From an uncultured Pseudomonadota bacterium (GTDB lineage: Bacteria > Myxococcota_A > Polyangia > Fen-1088), in NCBI GenBank assembly GCA_963847705.1, contig CAWKBC010000027.1:576001-640000 (forward strand): 64,000 nucleotides of DNA, in the 5' to 3' direction. Both the position numbers and the translations under genes were made by a program. A model generated the notes under the pieces. That model saw only the letters and a list, made by a program, of their open reading frames with translations, had not been told where the DNA came from and ran no database searches. Below are positions 53,839 through 64,000 of this stretch, piece by piece; within the stretch, counting starts at the first letter, position 1, and every line of letters begins with the position of its first letter.

Positions 53839-55940
53839 GATCGCCGATTCTGGACGTCGGTCCCGTCGGTCCCGATCTGCAGGCCGGTCCCCCCTGCGAT
53901 CTGAGGCAGCGCCGCGGCGAAGCGCGCCTCCTCGGCGCGAAAGTCGTCGGCGAACAGGGTCGCCACCGTGGCCGCGGCGGCGGCCGCGCCGCCCGAGGTG
54001 TGCGGTGCCAGCGCGGCGGCGAACTCCGCGGCCGTCTGGTAGCGCCTGTCCGGGTTGACCTCCAGCGCCTTGGCGACGATCGTGGCGCAAGGGGCGGGGA
54101 GGGCGGCGATGCGCGCCAGCTCCTCGGGGCCAGGGCCCGTCGCCGCCTTCACCAGGAGCTCGTAGGTGGTCTCGCCGCGGTAGAGGACCTCGCCGGTCAG
54201 GCAGTAGTAGATGACCAGGCCGAGCGAGAACAGGTCGGCGCGCCCGTCGATGCTGGTGCCGCGCGCCTGCTCGGGCGACATGAAGCTCACGTTCCCCTTC
54301 ACCACGCCGTGCTGCGTCTTGGTGACCCGCCCCTCGGCCTTCACGATGCCGAAGTCGAACAGCTTCACCTCGCCGCGCGCCGACAGGAGGATGTTGCTGG
54401 GCGAGACGTCACGGTGGACGATGCCCATGGGGCGCCCGCTGTCGCTCAGCTTCGAGTGCGCGTACTCCAGCGCCAGCAGCGTCTGCGCCGCCACGTAGAG
54501 GATGGTGGTGACGGAGGCGGGGTGCTGCAGCCGCTCCAGCGAGCGGGTGGTGATGCGCCCCATGTCGCGCCCGAGGATGTACTCCTGCGCCAGGTAGTAC
54601 TCGTCGCCGACCTTTCCGAAGTCGAACACCGGGATGACGTTGGAGTGAACCAGCGTCGAGCCGAGCTTGGCCTCGTCGATGAACTGCGCCACCACGGCCG
54701 GATCGCGCGACAGCTCGGCGCGCAGCCGCTTGACCACGAAGGTGCGGCGGAACCCCTCGGCGCCGAACGTCACCGCGGTGAAGACCTGCGCCATCCCCCC
54801 TTCGCCGAGCAGGTCGAGCAGCAGATAGCGGCCAAAGGTGGCGGTCCAACCCGAGCGAGGGATCTCCGCCCCGGCGCCATGGAAGTCGGTCGCGGCGTCG
54901 CCCAGCGCGGGGCGCGTGGCGCGGCCCATCGAGCCCGGCAGTTGCCGCTTCGGATCGCCGAGACCCTGGCGCGTGCGGAACACCGGGGAGCCAGGCCCGG
55001 TCGGAGAGCGCCCTTCCGGCGACGCCGCCCCGGAACCGCTGTCGGCGTCGCCCGCCTTGTCTTCCTTGCGCCGCAGCCCGAAGACCAACCCGCCGAGCGC
55101 CAGCACGCCGGCCACCGACCAGATGGCGGCGGTGGTGGCCAGGGCCGTCCCCTCGGCGTCGTGCGCGGCGGCTGCGCCCCCCCCGAACGTCCAGAGCCAG
55201 AGCCCGGGGACGACGGGGCTGACCGCTGCGGCCCAGATCTCGCCGGAGGTCCCGGCTGGCGGCTGGTAGATCGGTCCTCGCCCCTCCGAGCCGATCGCGG
55301 CGTGGAGCAGCTCCCGCTCGGGCTCGGCGCCGGCCTCGAGCACGGCGTGGGTGCCGTCGGAGAGCAGGAGCGGCGCCTGGGCCTTCTCGGCCAGCTTCCG
55401 GATCGCCACGTCGTCGATCGGCTTGGCCAGCAGCAGCACGGCCGGGACCTGCTTGTCGGGCAGATCGACGCCGGCGGCCGCCGCCGCGAAGGGCCACCCT
55501 TTCCCCATCACGATCTGGGCGACCACGTCGTGGTCCTCGCGGGCCTGTCGAATGAGGAGGTCGGAGGCGAAGTCGGCGTTCTTCATCCCCTCGATCACGT
55601 CGAGCTTGTCCCCCTCGAAGGCGACGGCGTAGACCTTGAACGCGCTCCGGTAGGGCTCCCACCACTCCTCGGTGCGAAACAGATCCTGCAGCGTGGCGGC
55701 GTCGGCATTCCCCCGCAGGGCGGCGACGAGGCGCGGGTTGGAGGCGGCGTTTCGCGCCTCCAGCTTCAGCTCGCGCACCTGGGTCGTCAGCGCCTCGGTG
55801 GCCCGCATGCCGTTCGACTCTGCGACCCGGGCCGCCTCCTGCCGGACCGCCCGCGCCCGGTTGGTCTCGACGACGTGCGCGACGGCAAACGCCAGCGCCA
55901 GCACGGCGCCTGCAAAGAGCAGCGCGAGGGCTCTTTTCAC
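53835..55940 (-). CDS. Membrane Ser/Thr protein kinase with N-terminal extracytoplasmic domain
   Basis: Two TM helices; GEGGMA, VVKRL, HRDVSPSN, DFG, MSPEQ. Confidence 0.92.
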   Translation of the reverse strand: MKRALALLFAGAVLALAFAVAHVVETNRARAVRQEAARVAESNGMRATEALTTQVRELKLEARNAASNPRLVAALRGNADAATLQDLFRTEEWWEPYRSAFKVYAVAFEGDKLDVIEGMKNADFASDLLIRQAREDHDVVAQIVMGKGWPFAAAAAGVDLPDKQVPAVLLLAKPIDDVAIRKLAEKAQAPLLLSDGTHAVLEAGAEPERELLHAAIGSEGRGPIYQPPAGTSGEIWAAAVSPVVPGLWLWTFGGGAAAAHDAEGTALATTAAIWSVAGVLALGGLVFGLRRKEDKAGDADSGSGAASPEGRSPTGPGSPVFRTRQGLGDPKRQLPGSMGRATRPALGDAATDFHGAGAEIPRSGWTATFGRYLLLDLLGEGGMAQVFTAVTFGAEGFRRTFVVKRLRAELSRDPAVVAQFIDEAKLGSTLVHSNVIPVFDFGKVGDEYYLAQEYILGRDMGRITTRSLERLQHPASVTTILYVAAQTLLALEYAHSKLSDSGRPMGIVHRDVSPSNILLSARGEVKLFDFGIVKAEGRVTKTQHGVVKGNVSFMSPEQARGTSIDGRADLFSLGLVIYYCLTGEVLYRGETTYELLVKAATGPGPEELARIAALPAPCATIVAKALEVNPDRRYQTAAEFAAALAPHTSGGAAAAAATVATLFADDFRAEEARFAAALPQIAGGTGLQIGTDGTDVQNRRS

Positions 55941-56008
55941 CCGGCGATTCTTTCTCGCACCGGTCGCCGCGTCAACTCATGGTCCGCGCCGGCGAGGTTT
56001 CGCGCGGC

Positions 56009-57061
56009 TCAGGGCGCGGCGAGCAGTTTTTGGGCGTCGGCGATCAGCTGTGCGCCGTTGTGCAGCTTCAACCATCCGGCGGTGTGCTCCGTGCGGGCGT
56101 AGACGTCGGCACCCGAAGGAGGCTCGGAGGCCGTCTCTTCGGAGACCCCGGGGGACTCTTCGCGCGCCAGCTCCATGTAGCCGATGGAGCTCTTGCCCTC
56201 GAAGTACTCGACCCGCAGGACGACGGTCGGCTTGCCGCCCGCCGGCTCCTCACCGCGCCCCAGGATGTCGGAGGGGAACGCGCGCCAGACGGCGTCGTGC
56301 CAGTTCTTGGCCATCTGATCGCGTTTGTCCGGGGTCTTGGCCGGCGCGAAGCCGGCCTTGGCGCGCGCCTCGCGATCGAGCTGGAGGTACTCTTTCGACC
56401 TGTCGCCCGCGGCGAGCACCATCCGGTCGAAATCCCCCGGCTCGAAACCGTGCAGGCGGCGGTCGACCAGGTGGTTGGGGTTCTGGAGATCGGCGAGCAT
56501 CCCGCGCGGCATCAGGTAGACGTGCCCGTCGCCGGTGTCGCGCAGGAAGGCCTCGCCGCCGGTGGCCTTCTCGGGCTGTCCGATGACGAAGTGGTGGACC
56601 TCCCCCTTGACCGTCACGTCGAGCTTGCGGGTCGTCGCATCGAGGCCCAGCTCTTTGAGCTTGGCCCCGTCGAGCTGTCCGAACGCCCGCGGCGAGATCA
56701 GCGGCGCGAACTGGTCGAGCACCTTCGTGGCCTGCTCGCTGCCCACCAGATCGCGCGGAGGGGCGGGGGGGGCTGGCTCCTTGGGCTTGGTCTCGGGCTT
56801 GGCCTTGGCGTCGGGCTTGGGCGTCTCCGCCGCCGGCACCAGGTGAATCCAGACGGGCACGTCCTTGTCGCCGTGGCCGCGCTCGAAGTCGACGGCGTTG
56901 TGCTCGTCCGCGTAGTGGACGTGGGTGACCTCGATCTTGGTCGCATCGATCACCGTCACCGAGCCGGGCGCGTGCTCCGGCTGGCGCTGCGAGGTGACGA
57001 GCGCGGCCAGGAGGCCGATGGCGGCCAGACCTCCCTGCGTCGCTGCCGCGCGGCCGGTCAC
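56009..57061 (-). CDS. DUF4340 domain protein
   Basis: N-terminal TM helix; LKELGLD, FVIG, VYLM; GTGA overlap with the GldG-like gene. Confidence 0.72.
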   Translation of the reverse strand: MTGRAAATQGGLAAIGLLAALVTSQRQPEHAPGSVTVIDATKIEVTHVHYADEHNAVDFERGHGDKDVPVWIHLVPAAETPKPDAKAKPETKPKEPAPPAPPRDLVGSEQATKVLDQFAPLISPRAFGQLDGAKLKELGLDATTRKLDVTVKGEVHHFVIGQPEKATGGEAFLRDTGDGHVYLMPRGMLADLQNPNHLVDRRLHGFEPGDFDRMVLAAGDRSKEYLQLDREARAKAGFAPAKTPDKRDQMAKNWHDAVWRAFPSDILGRGEEPAGGKPTVVLRVEYFEGKSSIGYMELAREESPGVSEETASEPPSGADVYARTEHTAGWLKLHNGAQLIADAQKLLAAP

Positions 57062-58956
57062 GACGTCGCTCCTTGCGTCGCGGCAGGCGCGCTCGGTGCG
57101 CCGGGCGCCGTCGGGCGCTTCCTGCGGCGCGTCTTCCCGCGGGTCTTGCGGGTGACCATCACGCCGGCCGCCAGCACCAGCGCGGGTCCCAGGAAGATCG
57201 TCCCGTAGAACCAGATCACGTCCTGCTTGCGGGTGTGCGAGATCGGGGCGTCCGCCTCGGTCGAGGTCATGCCGGTGAAGGCCTCGTCGCCCATCAGCCA
57301 GTGCGAGACGTCGACGGCCAGCAGCTGGTTGGCCCCGACCGGCAGCGCCTCGTCGTCGAAGAGATCGGAGTCGGCCAGCACGAACACCCGGGCGTCCTTC
57401 TTGACCGCGGTGGCGGCCACCTCCCAGGCGCGGCGATCCTCGCCGGGGTCTGGCTGGAAGTTGCCGTTCTTGTCGGCCCACGTGGCGTGGTGCGCCTTGA
57501 TCGGCGAATCGACGGTGACGCCGCTCTTGGCGGTGCGGTTGGCGTTGATCCAGCCGGCGCCGGGCAGAATGATCGGCGCGCGCACGCCCAGGTGCTGCAG
57601 CGTGGTCACCGAGGGATGCGAGCTGTAGGTGACGGTGATCAGGTTCGCGCGGTCGTTGTCCTGGTGGGTGCGGCGGGCGAAGGCCTGGTCGTTGGCCAGC
57701 ATCACGTCGTGGTACTCGAGATCGAGGGGCTTCAGCACCTCGGGCATGGTGACGTGGTTCTCGGGATCGAGCGCGATGAGCAGCCGCCCGCCGCGATCGA
57801 TGAAGCGGTTGAGCGCCGCCGACTCCTCGGGCAGGAACGGCTTCTGGGGGCCCATCACCATGACCACCGTGACGTCCTTGGGGACGTCCTGCATGAGGCC
57901 GTCGGCCGCGCCCAGGTAACGGAAGTCGTAGTTCTGGTCGGCCAGCACGTCCCGGAAGGTCTTGATGCCCGGGCGCTTGTCGGTGTCGTTGGCCGGCTTC
58001 TCCCAGTTTCGCTCGCCGTGCCCCTGCGTGAAGGCGACGGTGCGGGGCGGCTTGACCATCAGCATGAGGCGCTGCTGGACCTCCTTGTCCAGCGTGCGGA
58101 GCGCGGTCTTCGCGCTCTCGAGCTCGCGCGGCAGGCCGAGCTGCTCGTGGCGCGGGCCGCGCACGAAGACGATCACCCCGTTGCTGGAGATGCCGTACTC
58201 CTTGGCCTTCACCGGGTCGATGTCGAAGTCGTAGTGGGTGAGCTTGAGCTGGCCCGACTCGCGCGCCAGATCCTGCATGTAGTTGTCGACCTCTTCGCGG
58301 ACCTCGCTCCCCTCGGGGAAGAACACCGCGACCTCGATCGGCTGGTCGAGGTTGCGGACGATCCGGCGCGACACCTCGCCCGGCCGGGTGGTGCGGAAGT
58401 AGGCCAGGTCGACCTTCTTGTCGCGCTCCGAGGCGACGTAGACCGCCGCAAAAGCGAACACCATGGCCGCCGCCAGCCCGAGGCCGGAGTACATCGCGCC
58501 GCGGACGCGTCCCACCTCGATCTTGGGGGCGCGGGCGATCTGCGCGTAGGACATCTCGATGAGAACGATCGGCCAGGCGGCGGCCAGCCAGAGCGCCGGC
58601 CAGAGCGCCGCCAGCGCCGTGGCCAACCGCGGCCAGCCGTGCTCGAGCGGCTTCGCCTGGCCCAGCACCGTCGGCAGATCGGACTGCGCGAAGTAGAGCG
58701 CGACCGCGAACAGGCCGAGCCCGTAGAGCCCGAGCAACATCCGCTCGACCTTGCGGCGATCGGGCGCGGCGCTGGCGGCGCGGCCGGCGCGCACCACCAG
58801 CGCGGCGATCACCAGCAGGAGCCCTCCGACCGTGGCGACCGCCCGTCCGCCTCCGGCGCCGATCATCCGCTCGCCCAGGAACACGGCCAGCATCCCGGCC
58901 GCCCACAGCGCCGACCACCGCGCCGACGGCCGCGCCGGAACGGTCATCGCCGTCAT
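57058..58956 (-). CDS. GldG-family ABC-type auxiliary protein
   Basis: N-terminal TM helices; FTQGHGE, MGPQKPF, FIDRGGRLLIALDP, LADSDLF; C-terminal TM helix. Confidence 0.82.
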   Translation of the reverse strand: MTAMTVPARPSARWSALWAAGMLAVFLGERMIGAGGGRAVATVGGLLLVIAALVVRAGRAASAAPDRRKVERMLLGLYGLGLFAVALYFAQSDLPTVLGQAKPLEHGWPRLATALAALWPALWLAAAWPIVLIEMSYAQIARAPKIEVGRVRGAMYSGLGLAAAMVFAFAAVYVASERDKKVDLAYFRTTRPGEVSRRIVRNLDQPIEVAVFFPEGSEVREEVDNYMQDLARESGQLKLTHYDFDIDPVKAKEYGISSNGVIVFVRGPRHEQLGLPRELESAKTALRTLDKEVQQRLMLMVKPPRTVAFTQGHGERNWEKPANDTDKRPGIKTFRDVLADQNYDFRYLGAADGLMQDVPKDVTVVMVMGPQKPFLPEESAALNRFIDRGGRLLIALDPENHVTMPEVLKPLDLEYHDVMLANDQAFARRTHQDNDRANLITVTYSSHPSVTTLQHLGVRAPIILPGAGWINANRTAKSGVTVDSPIKAHHATWADKNGNFQPDPGEDRRAWEVAATAVKKDARVFVLADSDLFDDEALPVGANQLLAVDVSHWLMGDEAFTGMTSTEADAPISHTRKQDVIWFYGTIFLGPALVLAAGVMVTRKTRGKTRRRKRPTAPGAPSAPAATQGATS

Positions 58957-59674
58957 TTCCACCTCCGGCTCTCCATCACCCGGGTCGCCGAGAACAGCGC
59001 CACGTAGGTGACCATCAGATAGTAGACGACGTCACGCAGGTGGACGGAGCCCGACTGAAAGGGGGGGAAATGCTTGCCGTGGAAGGCCAGGGCCACGAAC
59101 ACGTCATTGAGAGGGCGCTCGGTCACCTGGCCGAGCATCCAGCAGACCACCAGCGCCAGGGTGATGCTGGCCGAGAAGATCACGGCCAGGACCTGCGTTC
59201 GGGCGATGGCCGAGCCGAAGGTGCCGATCGCCAGCGCGGCGCCGCCGATGAGGAGCAGGCCGAGGTACCCGGCGGCGAGGTGGCCGACCGAGATCTTGCC
59301 GTTCACCAGGACCAGCAGCGGCATGTAGATGCTGCAGGCCAGGACCAGCGCCAGAAAGATGAACGCGGAGAGAAATTTGCCGAGAACGATCTCGTAGTCC
59401 TGGATCGGCGAGGAGGTCAGGAGGACCAACGTTCCGGTCTGGCGTTCCTCGGCCAGGAGGCGCATCGAGAGGAAGATGCTGGCGATGACGGCCAGCCCGC
59501 TGGTGTAAAAGAAGAACCGGCTCACCACCTCGGCCGACAGCTTGTCGGGGCCGCCCAGCGCCAGGACGTTGAACAGGAGCCCGTCGACCAGCAGCATGAT
59601 CGCGGCGATGATGTAGCCGGTCAGCGACCGGAAGTAGGCGCCCAGCTCGCGGCGCGTGATGAGGAGGGTGGCGT

Positions 59675-59678
<4 letters not shown>
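58953..59678 (-). CDS. ABC-2 permease (GldF-like)
   Basis: RRELGAYFRS, MRLLAEERQTGTL, IVLGKFL. Confidence 0.88.
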
Positions 59679-60610
<932 letters not shown>

Positions 60611-60737
60611 GAGGGCGTGGGGGCGAAGCAGAGGTGGGCGAAGCGGAGGGGCCAGAATTATGCACGAAGTCTGGTGGGCGTAAAATCCTGGAACGGGTCG
60701 TCTTATTCCCAGCCCAATGTGCTAGCTTGCTCCCGCC

Positions 60738-62132
60738 ATGTGTGGGGTGATCGGAGTCTTTGGACACCCGGAAGCGGCGAACCTGGCCTACCTCGGCCTG
60801 TACGCCCTCCAGCACCGTGGGCAGGAATCGGCCGGCATCGTGTCCACCGATGGTGAAAAGCTGCGTTCCGTGCGGGAGATGGGGCACGTCAACGACATCT
60901 TCACCGCCGACCGGCTCAAGGAGCTGCCGGGCCACGCCGCCATCGGGCACGTGCGCTACTCGACCGCGGGGGACTCGTCCAAGCGGAACGCTCAGCCGAT
61001 CGCCGTCGACTACGCCGGCGGGTCGGTGGCGCTCGGCCACAACGGGAACCTCGTCAACGCGGTCGAGCTGCGCGAACGGCTGGAGGCGGCCGGCGCCATC
61101 TTCACCACCACCTCCGACACGGAGGCGATCGTCCACCTCATCGCCCACTCGCGTGAGCGGACGCTCCCCGAGCGGGCGGCCGACGCGCTTCGCCAGGTCC
61201 GTGGCGCCTACTCGCTGGTGTTCCTGACCGAGGATTCGGTGGTCGCGGTGCGCGATCCCATGGGCTTCCGCCCGCTGGCGATCGGCAAGACCAAGGACGG
61301 CACCTGGATCGTCTCCTCCGAGACCTGCGCCTTCGAGCTCTTGGGGGCGGACTTCGTGCGCGACGTGGCCCCGGGCGAGATGGTGATCATCGATCGCAAC
61401 GGCCTGCGCAGCGAGCACCCCTTCGGCACCGAGCAGAACCACCGCTGCGTCTTCGAGTGGGTCTACTTCGCGCGCCCCGACTCGAGCATCGACGGCCGGT
61501 CGGTCTACCGCGCGCGCGAGCGGATGGGGCGCCGGCTCTCCATCGAGCACCCGGTCCCCGCCGACGTGGTCATCCCGGTGCCCGACTCGGGGGTGGCGGC
61601 CGCCATCGGCTACGCCCGCGAAAGCGGCATCCCCTACGACCAAGGCCTGATGCGCTCTCATTATATGGGCCGCACCTTCATCGAACCCTCCCAGCAGATT
61701 CGACACTTCGGCGTGAAGCTGAAGCTGTCGCCCGTGCGAGAGGTGCTGGCCGGCAAGCGGGTGGTGGTGGTCGACGACTCCATCGTCCGCGGCACCACGT
61801 CACAGAAGATCGTCGGGATGATTCGCGGCGCCGGCGCCCGTGAGGTGCACATGCGGATCAGCTCCCCACCCACGGTCGGCCCCTGCCGCTACGGGATCGA
61901 CACCCCGACCAGCGAGGAGCTCATCGCCTCGGCGCACACGACGGAGGAGATCCGGAAGTACGTGGGCGCCGATTCACTCGGCTACCTCTCGCTCGAGGGG
62001 CTGTTCGCCTCCGTGAACGGCGTCCGCGAAGAGGGGCAGGGGGGGTTCTGCGACGCCTGCTTCTCCAACAACCAGCCGATCAACATCCAGCAGCCGGCCC
62101 GGCTGCGGCAGCTCCGGCTGATCAGCGCCTAG
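60738..62132 (+). CDS. purF: Amidophosphoribosyltransferase
   Basis: MCG N-terminus, [29 protein letters not shown]. Confidence 0.97.
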   Translation: MCGVIGVFGHPEAANLAYLGLYALQHRGQESAGIVSTDGEKLRSVREMGHVNDIFTADRLKELPGHAAIGHVRYSTAGDSSKRNAQPIAVDYAGGSVALGHNGNLVNAVELRERLEAAGAIFTTTSDTEAIVHLIAHSRERTLPERAADALRQVRGAYSLVFLTEDSVVAVRDPMGFRPLAIGKTKDGTWIVSSETCAFELLGADFVRDVAPGEMVIIDRNGLRSEHPFGTEQNHRCVFEWVYFARPDSSIDGRSVYRARERMGRRLSIEHPVPADVVIPVPDSGVAAAIGYARESGIPYDQGLMRSHYMGRTFIEPSQQIRHFGVKLKLSPVREVLAGKRVVVVDDSIVRGTTSQKIVGMIRGAGAREVHMRISSPPTVGPCRYGIDTPTSEELIASAHTTEEIRKYVGADSLGYLSLEGLFASVNGVREEGQGGFCDACFSNNQPINIQQPARLRQLRLISA

Positions 62133-62160
62133 GCGCGCAGGCGGAACGAAGGGCCCGTTC

Positions 62161-62796
62161 GTGGCGACGATCGCCGATTCGGTCGAGGTGGTCGAGGGGC
62201 CGTCGCCGGATGCCGAGGCGCTCGACGCCCGCATCGAGGAGCTGCGGCGGCGTTTCCCGCGCGCGGTTCTCGACCGCTACCTGGCGCTGTTGCCCTCGAT
62301 GGGCGCGCGCGTCCTCATCGCGCCCGGCGCCGCGGTGGTCGGCGACGTCCGGCTGGCCGACGACGCCTCGGTCTGGTACGGCTGCGTCCTGCGCGGCGAT
62401 CTGGCGCCCATCACCGTCGGCGCCCGGACCAACGTCCAGGATGGGACGGTCCTTCACGTCGCCGACAACGGTCCGTGCATCATCGGCGCCGACGTCATCG
62501 TCGGCCATCGCGCCATGCTGCACGCCTGCCGCGTCGACGACGCCTGCCTCATCGGCATGCAGGCGACGGTGCTGGACGACGCCGTCATCGGCGCCGGCTC
62601 GGTCGTCGGCGCGGGCGCCCTGGTCACCCAGCGCACGGTGATCCCGCCCCGCAGCCTGGTGCTGGGCGTCCCCGGCAAGGTGGTCAAGACCCTCACCGAC
62701 GCAGAGGAGAAGTTTCACCGCGCCCACGCCGCCAAGTACGTCCGCCTGAAAGAGAACTACCTCCGCGACGCGCTCCGGGGCGACCTGCCGCGCTGA
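62161..62796 (+). CDS. Gamma-class carbonic anhydrase family protein
   Basis: Hexapeptide repeats; LRGD, NVQDG..LH, GH..MLH. Confidence 0.88.
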   Translation: MATIADSVEVVEGPSPDAEALDARIEELRRRFPRAVLDRYLALLPSMGARVLIAPGAAVVGDVRLADDASVWYGCVLRGDLAPITVGARTNVQDGTVLHVADNGPCIIGADVIVGHRAMLHACRVDDACLIGMQATVLDDAVIGAGSVVGAGALVTQRTVIPPRSLVLGVPGKVVKTLTDAEEKFHRAHAAKYVRLKENYLRDALRGDLPR

Positions 62797-62864
62797 TTCG
62801 AAGGCGGCTCTGCGGCCCGTCGTCGTTCACCCGCACGCTGTTCCAAAGCGGGTAAACTGAGATT

Positions 62865-63080
62865 GTGCCAGCGGCAGAGCCTCTCGACGACGCCACGATC
62901 CTTCGCCGGTACGGCATCGAGCCTGACCCGGTGATCGAGGCGTACAAGAAGGACGTGGATCGGACGCTGCTCCGCGAGAACCTCAGGCGAACACCGGAGG
63001 AGCGATGCGAGAATTTCTTGCGCATGTACCATCTGGCCGAGGAGATGCGTCAGGCGGGAGCGAGGGCGCGTGGCCGTTGA
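62865..63080 (+). CDS. Small protein, putative antitoxin partner of the downstream nucleotidyltransferase
   Basis: 71 aa, helical, DVDRTLLRENLRRTPEER; overlaps the next gene by 11 nt. Confidence 0.68.
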   Translation: MPAAEPLDDATILRRYGIEPDPVIEAYKKDVDRTLLRENLRRTPEERCENFLRMYHLAEEMRQAGARARGR

Positions 63081-63564
63081 TTTCTCCGGGGTCGTCGGCC
63101 TCCTGACTGGAGCCGGAGTCGAGGTGATCGTCATCGGTGGGCTCGCGGCGCAGGCGCACGGATCGTCACGGATCACGCAAGACTCGGACTTCCTTTATCG
63201 CCGCACGAAGGAGAACATCGACCGTCTCACTGCGGCGCTTGCCCCTCACGATCCGTACCTGCGCGGGGCGCCGCCAGGGCTGCCCTTCCGTTTCGATGCA
63301 CGGACGGTCGAGCGGGGGCTCAACTTCACCCTGGTTACGACCCTCGGGGACATCGATCTGCTGGGCGAGGTGAGTGGTATCGGCAACTATGAGGCCGTCG
63401 TGACGCATGCGACGGCGTTGGCGGTCTTTGGATACCAAGTCTTGGTCATAGACCTGCCCTGGCTGATTCGTTCCAAACGCGCCGCGGGTCGGCCCAAAGA
63501 TCTCGAGGCGATCGCCGAGCTCGAGGCGCTGCTTGCCGAACGTGAACGCTCCCGCAGCGGCTAG
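63070..63564 (+). CDS. Nucleotidyltransferase (AbiEii/DUF1814/DUF6036-like), putative toxin
   Basis: IGGLAAQAHG..RITQDSD, DIDLL, KRAAGRPKD. Confidence 0.78.
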   Translation: MAVDFSGVVGLLTGAGVEVIVIGGLAAQAHGSSRITQDSDFLYRRTKENIDRLTAALAPHDPYLRGAPPGLPFRFDARTVERGLNFTLVTTLGDIDLLGEVSGIGNYEAVVTHATALAVFGYQVLVIDLPWLIRSKRAAGRPKDLEAIAELEALLAERERSRSG

Positions 63565-63575
63565 ACTTTGAGACC

Positions 63576-64000
63576 ATGCACGGCGCTGGTCTCGATCTCC
63601 TGACCGAGCTGGCGCTCATCATGTGCGTCGCCGCCGTCACCACGGCGCTGTTCCAGCGGCTGAAACAGCCGGTGGTCCTCGGCTACCTGCTGGCAGGGAT
63701 GCTGGTGGGGTCGCACCTTCCGGTGCCGCTCTTCGCCGACGAAGGGGCGGCGCGCGATCTCTCCGAGCTGGGCATCGTCCTCTTGATGTTCTCGCTGGGG
63801 CTCGAGTTCAGCCTCCGGAAGTTGATTCGGATCGCCCCGACGGCCGGCATCGTCGCGGTGATCGAATGCAGCCTGATGCTGGCCGTTGGCTACCTGATCG
63901 CGCGCGCGATCGGCTGGACCGCCTTCGAGAGCCTGTTCGCCGGGGCGGCGCTGGCCATCTCCAGCACCACCATCATCGCCAAGGCGTTCGCCGAGCAGAA
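63576..64000 (+). CDS. Cation:proton antiporter (CPA2/Kef family), 3' end lies outside the window
   Basis: LKQPVVLGYLLAG, ELGIVLLMFSLGLEFS, ISSTTIIAK. Confidence 0.88.
   Translation, partial: MHGAGLDLLTELALIMCVAAVTTALFQRLKQPVVLGYLLAGMLVGSHLPVPLFADEGAARDLSELGIVLLMFSLGLEFSLRKLIRIAPTAGIVAVIECSLMLAVGYLIARAIGWTAFESLFAGAALAISSTTIIAKAFAEQ

Noticed and set aside
57062-58918. 969-aa ORF suggesting a giant DUF4340 protein
   Set aside because: The N-terminal two-thirds is a shadow frame of the GldG-like gene

Overview
High-GC (roughly 70% by eye) bacterial chromosomal segment, most consistent with Myxococcota: it has several sigma-54 activators, a membrane Ser/Thr kinase, a PilZ protein and many lipoproteins. 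About 56 genes are present. They include signalling modules, a xylose catabolism and sugar ABC locus (xylA/xylB/galM), ada-alkA/ogt, a GH9 lipoprotein, ygiQ, a DAHP synthase, purU and nagB. A cobalamin-riboswitch-controlled B12 uptake operon converges on an ArsR-methyltransferase (SahR-like)/metH operon. Further on are yacG, a sigma-54 two-component pair divergent from amt, a Gld-like ABC cluster followed by a Ser/Thr kinase and a TPR-glycosyltransferase, purF, and a small-ORF/nucleotidyltransferase pair. purU and amt contain frameshifts that are probably long-read or assembly errors. No rRNA, tRNA, CRISPR array or transposase was seen. The most notable unexplained signals are: (i) a three-copy ~75-bp intergenic double-hairpin element with compensatory base changes; (ii) a MenAT/AbiEii-like candidate toxin-antitoxin pair; (iii) a translationally coupled receptor kinase and TPR-glycosyltransferase; (iv) a 723-aa EF-hand membrane protein; (v) a widespread leaderless-promoter signature. 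All calls are from motif reading only; no searches were run.
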